Source of the DNA: Paraspadella gotoi
Lineage: Eukaryota; Animalia; Chaetognatha
Assembly (NCBI GenBank): GCA_051294375.1
Contig: CM119264.1
Span: 18,755,581 to 18,819,580 of the forward strand
Length of the DNA: 64,000 bases
Reading direction: 5' to 3'
Under the pieces are notes generated by a model that saw only the letters and a program-made list of their open reading frames with translations, had not been told where the DNA came from and did no database searches. Position 1 is the stretch's first letter, and each line of letters begins with the position of its first letter. A program made the position numbers and the translations under genes. This document shows, one piece after another, positions 53,621 to 64,000 of this stretch.

Positions 53621-55159
53621 AGAGAGAAGAGATGAGATGAGAGAATGAAAGAGAGAGAGAGAGAGCGAGAGAGAGAGAGATCAAGACCCCGGATTCTGGA
53701 GGCTTAGAAGGTCGCTCTCTCCTCCAAACTCCATTTTGTCGCAATTATTCGTGTTTTTGTCATAAGACTCGTTCGTCGCGAAGTGGATTCCCGGCGGAGA
53801 TGGGGGTGCACGAATCGATGAAGTCTCACAAAATCGGTGACAATCACGCGGGTTCTGATTCGACTGAGAGATGACCGCAACGATTCGTACTCGTTCAGCG
53901 CGTCGCTGTTTTCAATCGCTTTGTGCTCCCGCAGTTTCACCCACGCGAACATCACGCCCTTTCACCGCGTCTCACTCCTAAAGGCAGACCTTTATTAAAT
54001 AGGCGTTCTCACCGATCATCATTATGTATTACACCCTGACGCTCGAATCGCTTTCAAGATTAACTTTCACCGTCATTTTTATGCTTAGATCATCGCTCGC
54101 TCTTCCTCTACTTTATTTTCCCCGCCCGCCGCAGCCGCTAATCTCTGCCTTTTCATGCGAAGGCGTTACCTTCGCTGAGAAATTTCACTGTTATCGTGAA
54201 AAATTGTTTTTGGCTCAGCTTAAGCACGACGGAACGCAGACATACAAGGTATGCTGAGTCAATACTGAGATTTTCCACCCAACCTGGTCGCGACACGTCT
54301 GCCTCGCCAGGGGCGCTGCTGTCATCACGCCTGCGATACATGGTTCGATTTCTTTTATTATTTATAACCCGCTACTTTTTCCCCCTTCGACTGAAAGCCT
54401 AGAGTTACCTTTTTATCTATTCTCATCTCTCTCTCTTCTCTTCTCTCTCTCTCATCTCTCTTCTCTTCTTCTCTCTCTCCTCGTCTCTCCTCTCTTCTCA
54501 TTTCTTATATTCCTATATTTCTCTCTTTCTCATCTTTTCTCTTTCTTCTCTATCTCTCTCCTTTCTCTCTATATCTACTCGACAGCGAAGGAATTTTCAT
54601 CAGGTGTTGGTTTGTTCCAAATCAACGTCGTTAGATTACTTTTCTTCCCCATCTATTTTAACTTTCTCTCACTTTTTTAAGCTTACCATCCTTTTGGCTC
54701 TCTCAACTCCTTTTTCAACCACTTAAATTTCTAAAGAGTTCTACTCAATTTCGCGTTTTCCCCCCCATTTCTCTCTATCTCGCAAGGGCGCATATTACAT
54801 TGTACGATGTACATCCTTTCATTGACATCCTTTAAATTACCTTCTATTCCCATTTTTTTTTTTTTTTTTTTTTTTTCTTTTTCGCGGTTTTTCTTTAACT
54901 TAACGTCACCCTCAAATTTTTAAACTCCCCATCCGTTTATACTCCTACTCTCAGCTCCAACGCGTCCTTTCCTCTTCCCTCTCCACTTTGGCACGATCCT
55001 TGGCCGAGAATGATTTATGATCGCTAATTGTTCGGGAGCTTTTTTTCTTTATTAAACGCACTTTTCTTACAAAGAGACAATCAGCAGCAGCTTCCGCGCG
55101 TTCGCACTGCTTTTTTTCGCGCCGTCTTTGATATATATATATTTTTTTTAAATCAAGAC

Positions 55160-55235
55160 CTGTCGAAGGACGGCGTTGTCTTCAGTTGATCCAATGGCGG
55201 GATTGTCTGATATGCAGGAGAAGTGAACGTTAGCC
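55160..55235 (-). CDS. Redundant copy D of exon 2
   Basis: Indel-bearing copy of 49832-49910. Confidence 0.6.
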
Positions 55236-55406
55236 CTACGAGAAAAAAAAGGAGGAGAAAGGAGACTCTTCTAAGAATAATGGTAACAAGATATTTAAAA
55301 TTACTCATTTCAGATTACTAAAATTCCATAATACCATTTATCAAAGAGAGAAATAAGGCTAGTTCCCCATAACATTGACCATCGTTTCCATTCGCCTCCA
55401 ACTGAC

Positions 55407-56845
55407 CGACAGGGACGCTGGTGTATTGATGCTCCATGGAATAAACCAAGAGCGACCTCGATGACGGCGACGACCGTGGACGCGTACCAGGCGAGGACGA
55501 ATAAGTGGGCGGAAGGCAAAGTTCGACGAGAAAGCGACGTAAACAAAAAAAAAACCAAAAAAAAAAACAAAGAAAAGAAATAAGAAGGGGAAAAAAAAAA
55601 AAACGAAAAGGACGCGCGACGGTTGGCGAGGGCGGAGGGGCGACGGCAGACGAACGGTGGAGGGACGACGGCAGACGACGGTGGAAGAGGGAGTGGAGAT
55701 AGAAAATATCGACGAAAGAGGACGAATGATAGGAGAATCGACAACGCGTGATTGACGTCTCATCGCCTCGTAAAGTGGCGCTGTCTCGAATGGACTCGTC
55801 TGCTGATTCCGTCGCAGGCAACTTCGTCGATGATCCGGGTTGGGTTCGTCGCGAGTCCGGGCAGTTGGGCGGAGGAAGCGACGGATTGGGAGAAAGGGAT
55901 CCGACAGTTTCGACTGGAACAGATTTGGGACAGGAGTCGACATCGTCTTCAAATCCTCGTCTCGAGTTTCATGCCGATCGCGTTTCCTCTGCAATTTGCT
56001 CGACGCGGATCTCCGCTCTCGATTCCACTTCGAACCTCGCAGAGAAGAAACCGTCGACTAATGGAGCGGCCGATTTCGGTCGCGTGACTTCGCGTTTTTT
56101 TCGCGCCGGCCTCTTTGACTCGGATCACGTGACTCTTGGTTTCGTCGGCCTTGTTTTTTCGTTCTGGTATTCACGTGACTCTTCCCTCGTCTCCGGAGAC
56201 GGGATCGCGTGACTTCGAAGTTCTCGTCAACGCGATTCGAAACCCCTCGTTCACGGTGATTCCGCCCTTTGGATCACGCGAACTCGAAGTCTGCGTCACG
56301 TGACTCGCAGGTGAAAGTCGCGCGATTCTTTGTCGGGAAGAAGACGGCGACGCTCAATGGAATCCCGGTTTTAACGACGTCCGCCGATTTGCTTCGAGAT
56401 CCGGAAAAACTGCGGGGGAAGAAAAGGGGGACCGATGGGGTTCAGTGGGGAAGAGAGAATCTTGTTTGGTGGAGGAGAGTCGCAAAAAGGAGGCGGGAAA
56501 GAGAATTTAGATGTAGGGATTGGGGGAAGAAGGGAAGGAGCGGGGAGGGGAGAGTGAGATGGATGGCGAAGGAGTTGGGAATGCGAAGTTAAGTGGGGGT
56601 GGCCTTTTTGGCGCAAGCATATGAGGAGAAATTAAGGTGCGAGGGGAGCGTCCTGGAAAACGTCAGCCCCGGTTCGCGCCGTTTTTGTGGTCAAGCGAAT
56701 GGGCGGCGCAAGTAGGCGAAACGTGCCTCGAAAGTTTCAGCGGCGCGGAAGCGACGGCCTTGACCCCGGCGACGTCGGCCTCGGGCACCGTGGCGAAGTG
56801 GGCGCGACGTCAATTACAAAAAAGTCGAAACGCGCCGACGCAAAT
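55407..56845 (-). CDS. Redundant copy D of exon 1 (raw-read quality)
   Basis: Insertion-rich copy of 50080-51430. Confidence 0.55.
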
Positions 56846-59800
56846 CTTGGGGCCCGCGAGCGACGAAAAACAAAAGGGAATTCGGACGTCGAAAGTCGAA
56901 ACCAAAAGCGTCAGAGCAAAAATCCGAGACGCATGAGTGGATCGAAAGCAGTTTTCTGGGTCAAAAAGAGAGGGGAGTGAAACTGGCGATAGTGGATCCA
57001 GGAAACGCGAAGTGAGAATTTTACAGTCACTAATCCCCCTATCGATTAGGAATAAGATGGCGAGCGAATCTGATCGTGTCTTCGATCTTTGCAAACGACC
57101 TTAAAGCCACAAAGCCGTGCGCTCAACGATCGCCGATTCCCTTTGGTGATTGGCCTGTGGTTCCTCGGTGATTCGTTTCGGTGATCGCACGCGGTGATTC
57201 GTTTGCGAAATGTAAAGTCTTTCACTTGCCGAGTTGCGGAGGCGGCCGGCCGGCGATGAATCACTCAGCATCGTTGGATTGGCCGAAAAACGAATTCTGA
57301 GAAAAAGGAAAATCGATGTTTAAAGTTCAAAAAAAGTTCAGTTTCACTAAAAAACCGCTTAGAAGAAGAAAATTTATCGCATATAAATCTCTGATTTCAT
57401 CCAATCAATAGGAAGACAGAATAAAAAAATAAAAAATTCTAAAAAAAGCGGAATCGAAAATCGAAAAATCGAGGTTTCAGCGTCGCAAAACGGAATTTGG
57501 GATTTCTGCATCGTTGCGTTTGCGAGATTGAGAATCGCGTTGGATGGAATGAAAACCGGGACCGGAGTTAATATGAAGAAGGACGGAGGTTGGAGTGAAA
57601 TAGAATCCAAGCTTTGTTGGAACGAGCGCAGACCAACTGAAACCAGATTTTATGCTTCGTAAATAAATCAAGGTTCTTGAAGACTTGAAAAATATTAAAA
57701 TAAAGGAATTGTAACAAAAGGAAAACTACCCGCAAATTTGTTAATATATGGATTTGTGAATGGTTTTGTATTTTTTGTATGGCAATGAGATAGGGAATGG
57801 ATTAGAATCCTTTAGAGAGTGAATGGAGCAAAAACCCGAAATGTGGATGGAATGAGACGAAAGCAGAATGAAAGCCGCCAAATGACGCCTTTCGAACGCC
57901 GGAATATCAACCATCTATGAATGCGTGGAGAAGAGAGAGAAGGAAAACGGAGGAAGGGGAAGATATGAGGATAAAGAAAAGAGGGAAGGGAGGTATGGAA
58001 TAATGCATAGAGAGATAATACACTGAAATGAAATAAAATAGGTCGGTCGGAATGAGGGGGAAAAGAAAAGAGAAGGAACAAAAAAAAAAAAAACCAGTTG
58101 AACGTTAAAAACTAAAAGGGTAACTTGAGTTAAAAGAAGCTTGATTGGCGCCAAGGCGTTTTAAATTTAGATTAGAGAAAATGTGGACGAAATTGTGGGG
58201 GAGGACTGAAGGAGGGAGAGACGAATAAGAGGAAGTACGAGAGCCGGAGAGATAAACAGAAAGTTAGTGACCCGTGGGGGGGGGGTCGCGGGGTTAGAGG
58301 GGGGGGAAACGGAAACGCGAAAACTTGGGGAAGAAGGTGGTTTGTGCTCTACCACAAATTGGAAGGCTTCACCGCGGATCTTGAGTCGTTTTCGAGAAGA
58401 ACCAAAAAAAAAAAATCTGATGGAATCGCCCAATTAGGGAAATAGAGGAGGAAAATGTTTGGCAAAAAAGTGCGAAGGGCAAGCCGCAGGCGGCCGGATC
58501 AGGGCGGAAGGGGGGGGGTCAGGGATGACTGTCTGGGGACCTGTGAGGAGTAAGAGAAGGTAATGGTGAAAGAAATGACGACTGAAAGGCAAAGTATTTT
58601 CCGAATGGGGATGAGATTGAGCGACAAAAAGTCGAAAAAGAATGAGGAAGCCTCCGTGTTTGCGCGTCAGAAATTCGAGAGATACTGAAAAGAAGGTCGA
58701 TGATTCGAACCAAAAGAAAAAAAAAGCGAAGATAGAAAGAAAAAAGATTAAAAGAAAAAAAAAACCCCGAGAATTTTCGCGACCTAAAAACATCGGCGAT
58801 GAACATGCGGAGACACTGGCGACCCCGCGCGACGACGGTAATGGAGAATGGGGAGACGCGCGACGCGAAGCGGTAAAAAAAGTGGAGACCTCTGGCGCGA
58901 CGAACCTAATATATATCGACTTCAAATCCAAACTCAAAAATCTTCGTTTCTCGTGGTTTTTTTTTTTATGAAATATAAAAGTAATTCTGGGGTTGGTGTT
59001 TTTTGGTTTATGGTTTTCGTTTTTTTTTGCGTTATTTTTTTCCTTTTTTGTTCCCTTTTTTTCCGGAAAACCTTTTTTTGAGACTCGGGAATGTGAAAAG
59101 AGAGAGAGAGAGAGAGAGAAGAGAGAGAGAAGGAGAAGAGAGAGAGAAAGANNNNNNNNNNNNNNNNNNNNNNNNNGAGAGAGAGAGAGAGAGAGAGATA
59201 TTGGATTATAAAGGCGCAAAATGAATCATGGCATGCGACTAAATGAAGAAAACAAAAGCTAATTAAAATTTTCCGATGGCTTTGCTCCAAAATCATTAAG
59301 CAGAGGAGGAGGACGACGACCACCATAATATTATTATTATTATTAATATTATTAATGATATTGATAATGATGATGCTGTTGTTGATGATGACGATGATAT
59401 TGATGATGATGATCATAATATATGACAACAATGAACAAAATTCACTATCGCTTAAAATTAAGCAATTTCCGTTCTGCTCCCAGCTCGTAACAAAAAAAAA
59501 GACTGAGGTGACATTTGGAACGTTGGGTCTTATTTAGTTTTGAGATGATCTCATAAAAAAATATTGTTCACATAAAAATATTCTTTCTATTGCTCTTCTC
59601 CGTATCTCTCTGTCGACCTCTCACTCAGCCGCAAGCCACTCTTCCTTCTTTCGATATATATTTTCGTGTTCTGTTGTTTGAAATATCGTCTGCTCCCGTC
59701 GCCAGACGACGCTTATTGTCGAGAGAACCGATCTTTCCCGTCCAAAATGGCCGCGCGGTGGCGCAAAAGGTCGTAATACGCTGCGCCTTTCGGTAATGTT

Positions 59801-60859
59801 TGGACCATAACAATCCCTCGTAAACTTACTCTCTCGACCGGGAGAAGCATCCCGCTGGACTCACCTCTCTATTTCCCTAATATTTTTCCTTCTCACCCTC
59901 TTGCTTTTGCGGTATGGATGTCCGTCTTCTCTTCTCTTTTCTTTACTTTCCTGTTTTTGTTTTCTTTTTTATCTTTAGTTTTCTTTTCTTCTCTTCTCTT
60001 TGCTTCTCTTTTCTTCACTCTTCTCTTCTCTCCTCTGCTATAACTTTTTCTTTTGCTCTTTTCTTTTCTCCTTCTTCCCAGACGGTTCTCTTTTCCCTTT
60101 CTCCCTTTTGTCATAACTGTTATCTCCCTGGCTTTTGCCAAAGAAAGTCATCGGAGGCTCTTTTTTCTCATTCTCTCGTTGTTGTTTCTTTTTAAAGAAA
60201 TGTCGTTGTTGTTTTCGTTGTTCTTGCTCCTTTTTTAAATGCCAAACGATTCGCTGAGAAAAAAACAAGGCCAGGAAACCTTCGAGCAGAAGAAGGCGTT
60301 TCTCGGCAAAAACCTCTCCCCGACTGCGTCCCTCGACTCGTCCGCCCCCCTTCCCACCCCCTCTCCCTCAAACCGGAGGGGGAAAAAAAGCAAACAGAGT
60401 TTACGGTCGCAAACAACTTCCGAGGCCGAGGAAACCGTGGGAAAGCCGGGACCGAAAAAACGGCTGAAAACGGTTCCAAAACGAAGCCCTGTAAAAATTC
60501 TAAACACGCAAACATGGAACGGCGTGGAAAATGGTGCCGAGCCAAAACCGACGGAACTCGCGCGTTTATCTATAAAACAATATCGATTTACATTATTTAA
60601 ATCGTTGATGAATTTATAATTAATGGAAAATTGGTATATCATAGAAATTTTAAAAAACAAAATAAAATGGATATTAGAGGATTTTGATCTGGCGTGTCAA
60701 AGATACGGGAGGCCAAAAGTGCCGAATGAAATGACGAAAACCGATCAACGACGACGACGACGACGACGACCACAACAACGACGAACTTTCGTTGACGCCA
60801 TTTTTTATCCGATTTCTACGCCGCATCGTGAAGTAGTTCTTTAACTTTGAGACTAACTC

Positions 60860-60922
<63 letters not shown>

Positions 60923-62519
60923 AAGAGAGTTCTATCTTTTTCCATATTTCTCGTGTTTTTTCTTATGATAATGGATAACTATATAATTGATGAGGATCCT
61001 GAAAGTTGATGTGAGGGAGGAAAAAGTGAATAAAGAGGCGGTGAGTGGGTGAGGTGGGTCGTGGCNNNNNNNNNNNNNNNNNNNNNNNNNNNNNNNNNNN
61101 NNNNNNNNNNNNNNNNNNNNNNNNNNNNNNNNNNNNNNNNNNNNNNNNNNNNNNNNNNNNNNNNNNNNNNNNNNNNNNNNNNNNNNNNNNNNNNNNNNNA
61201 ACTTCTTCTCTTTCACAAATCACAATGATTGAAAATCGTAGATGGTCTCTGATGTCATGTTACGAATCGAGTAACGTGTAGTGAAGATTGGGAGAAGGAA
61301 TTTAGTAAATTACAAAAATGTAAATAATATTTCTCGGCCTAAAATTCCATTCTCATTTACATTCCTACTTTGGTAAACAAAGTAGTTCATATAAAAGTCA
61401 TTGTTATTTTATTCTCGCGCACATTTTCCCTTCGATGTTATACTGAAATAAACTCTCGTTCATTTTACTTTGGTATCGAATTCTTTTCACTAAAAATTCC
61501 GTCCTCCACTGTGTCTCTAGGCTTCTCTTAATAATTTTTGATAATTTCGTTCGGATTTGATTTGAAACCTAGTTTCATGGACTGTGGTTCCATTGAATGT
61601 AACGCCAACGTGGAATGTAACCCACATTTGTGCCCTCAATTAATGAGAATTAATGAAGAAAATGGCGAATGGACGGCGTTAATCGATGACAAAACGACGG
61701 CATTGACCGCAGTACCCGCCGCATTTGGCTGGGGCGCAGCGGTGGGCGTGTCTCGCCGCTGTAATGAGCCAGGGAGAATATCCTTTCCATCGCCTTCTCC
61801 ATGGGGCCGCCGCAATTTTCATTTAGAGAGGGCGTTGAATTATGAGGGCATAAAAAGGAGGGCGGGGGTCAACGATGCTCATCTCCATTCTGGTCGCGAC
61901 TCGATCCCGATGCAGTTTCGCCCAGTGACTTTTCCAACGATTTCGATTCATGAGGATAACGAGGGCGTTTTAAGGGTGACTCAAAATTAAGTTAAGCCTA
62001 AAAATTAAGTATCAAATGATAAAGTTGGTATAATAATAATATATTGTATACGAGTGGAAAAAAATAGAGTAAAATTTCCTTAACTCACCAAGCCACCAGA
62101 GTTTATTGGATGAAGGATAATTTTAATAATAGTACCTTTTTTTCTAAAATATTTTTCAAATATTTTAAATAAGTTAAAAAGAAAAAGCTGAGAGCCCAAG
62201 TTTTCCATCTACCCCCACACGGTTATACTCACCACTCGGTTATACCCCCACTCCCCACTTCGAGACACCGGCTTCTTTTTTTTTCTTTTTCGAAGCCTCG
62301 CGTAAAAATCGTTGGACCGACGACTCGTATAACTCGGTCATGGGCCCGTGGCGGCGTCGCACCATAAAACGCCATAAAACACCGTAAAATCTCTTCGACC
62401 ATTCCTCGCCCCGTTTTCGAAGCGACGTTAATTAGTCTTAAGCGAGTCGGGGTCGGCGTCTGCGCCCGCGTTCGGCCGACGCCGTTGAGTCTCTTAACGA
62501 GGACGAGGCCGCCGATGAT

Positions 62520-62640
62520 GATGAAGACGACGACGACGAACGGAATGAACAGAACGATGGCGTCGGTGTCGTCGTCGTCGTCGTCGTCGGCGTCGTCGTC
62601 GTCGTCGTCGGCGTCGTCGTCGGCGTCGTCGTCGGCGTCA
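62520..62640. repeat. (CGT/GAC)n trinucleotide microsatellite
   Basis: Direct reading. Similar tracts occur at 6980-7026, 26556-26582 and 60748-60783. Confidence 0.85.
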
Positions 62641-63125
62641 TTGTTGTGTCGGTCCCGTTGTTTGGTTGAAGCGAAGTTTCGAGCGAAGACTAATTTGAAA
62701 TCTCAATTGGACTCTGGCGCTTGATTCAAATTAGCCGCTTTGTTGGTCAGATCGATTTGTGAAATCGAAACGGTTTTTTCGTTAAAATTTAGGACTGACA
62801 TTTATAATTTGTAAAGATTAAAATTCAAACTTGTTTTAGAAAGAAGGAGCAAATTTTCGATGAAATCTCGCGATCGCAATTAATTTTTGAGGTGAAAGAC
62901 TTTAAACGGCTGATTCGGAAATCAAGCATGCCCGCGCCCGCCCCGAGTTTCCAGAGACGCAGCCAACTGCTCCATCTATTCGGATCCGCTGTTGCGACGC
63001 CGAGTCCGGGATGGCGCGGAATCGACGCCGCGGGAAAAAGACCGACAGACTCGACGCAAATCGCATAATTTGCATCTCATCATTCCCATCGTAACACACG
63101 GAGTGGGGCGAGAGTTAGAAGTCTT

Positions 63126-63129
63126 TATG

Positions 63130-63189
<60 letters not shown>

Positions 63190-63845
63190 CCTCCCTTTCT
63201 ACCTCTTTCTTTTTCTCTATCTAGCGTACATCCTATCTATCTGTATATCTATCCTGTCTAACCTATCTATCGTATCTATTCAATCTTTATTTAATAGAAC
63301 TTCTGTCTCGTTTTCTATTCGAAACTAGAGTTTTATAATATTTGATCCTCTTCTTAGTAAATCAATGAAACAAAAATCAATGCGAGGAAGGAGCTGACGA
63401 AACTTCTGNNNNNNNNNNNNNNNNNNNNNNNNNCATATGATGTCTCTCTCTCTCTCTCTCTCTCTGCTCTCGTCGCTCTCTCTGCTCTCTCTTCTCTCTC
63501 TTCTCTTTCTCTCTCTCTCTGCTCTCTCCTCTCTTCTTGCTCTCTCTGCTACTCCTCTCTCTCTCTCTCTACTCTCTCTCGTCTCTCTCTCCTAGCCTTT
63601 CTACCTCTTTCTTTTTCTCTCATCAGGCGTACATCCTATTCTATTCTGTTATATCTATTCCTGTCTTGAACCTATCTTCGTAATCTAGTTCTAATGCTTT
63701 ATTTAATAGAACTTCTGTCTCGTGTCTTTTCTATTCGAGAACTGATGTGAGTTTTACTATAATATTTGATTCCTCTCGTTATAACTCAAGTAAGATCAAT
63801 GACAAAATCAATGGCGAGTAGGATGCCATGCACGAAACTTCTGTT
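63126..63845. repeat. Gap-flanking duplication (63126-63408 repeated at 63436-63845)
   Basis: Same sequence on both sides of a 25-N gap, the second copy error-rich. Similar overlaps occur at 17086-17160 and 35450-35900. Confidence 0.85.
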
Positions 63846-64000
63846 ATTTACGTATAATCTCCTACATAATTTTTTCGCTTTTTGTGAGTAAACAACATTT
63901 TTTCCTCCGGGTTTCCTAAAAGCTCTCTCCTTCTCTGCTCCTCTCTCTACCTCCCCCGCTCGTCTCTCCTCTCTCCCTCTCTCTCATGGGGTTGGTCGAC

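Larger units (their letters stand above)
48314..58937. repeat. ~5.2-kb direct tandem duplication (48314-53440 = 53458-58937)
   Basis: The second copy is insertion-rich, like an uncorrected long read. The junction lies in A/GA-rich sequence. Confidence 0.9.

Noticed and set aside
39058-58937. Dscam-like or protocadherin-like array of alternative first/variable exons
   Set aside because: The copies are near-identical including introns and differ by homopolymer indels typical of uncorrected long reads. They abut 25-N gaps or GA tracts, so redundant haplotigs are more likely than diversified cassettes.

Overview
Eukaryotic (invertebrate animal-like) AT-rich, (GA)n/(TC)n microsatellite-rich DNA from a draft long-read assembly. 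It has 13 N-gaps (eight of exactly 25 N), indel-rich raw-read-quality stretches, and several near-identical multi-kb segments repeated in direct or inverted orientation. Almost all ORF-track entries are low-complexity artefacts. The main biological content is a spliced minus-strand immunoglobulin-superfamily cell-surface gene that the ORF track does not show as a unit. Seven exons (17310-51430) have GT-AG boundaries with matching phases. They encode a long low-complexity N-terminus, a hydrophobic segment, a V-set Ig domain, a C2/CD80-like Ig domain with a long acidic insert, and the start of a third Ig domain. Its 5' exons occur in 3-4 redundant copies, most likely haplotigs or mis-joins. One copy carries a 1.55-kb LTR plus a tRNA-Lys primer-binding site inserted about 250 bp upstream of the ATG. 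That LTR contains an array of CArG boxes, an E-box/TATA promoter and five tandem hairpins. Also present are DINE-1/HINE-like Helentron derivatives carrying satellite arrays, a small foldback element and a probable degraded LINE. No prokaryotic systems (CRISPR, operons) are supported. No database searches were possible, so all family calls come from motif recognition.
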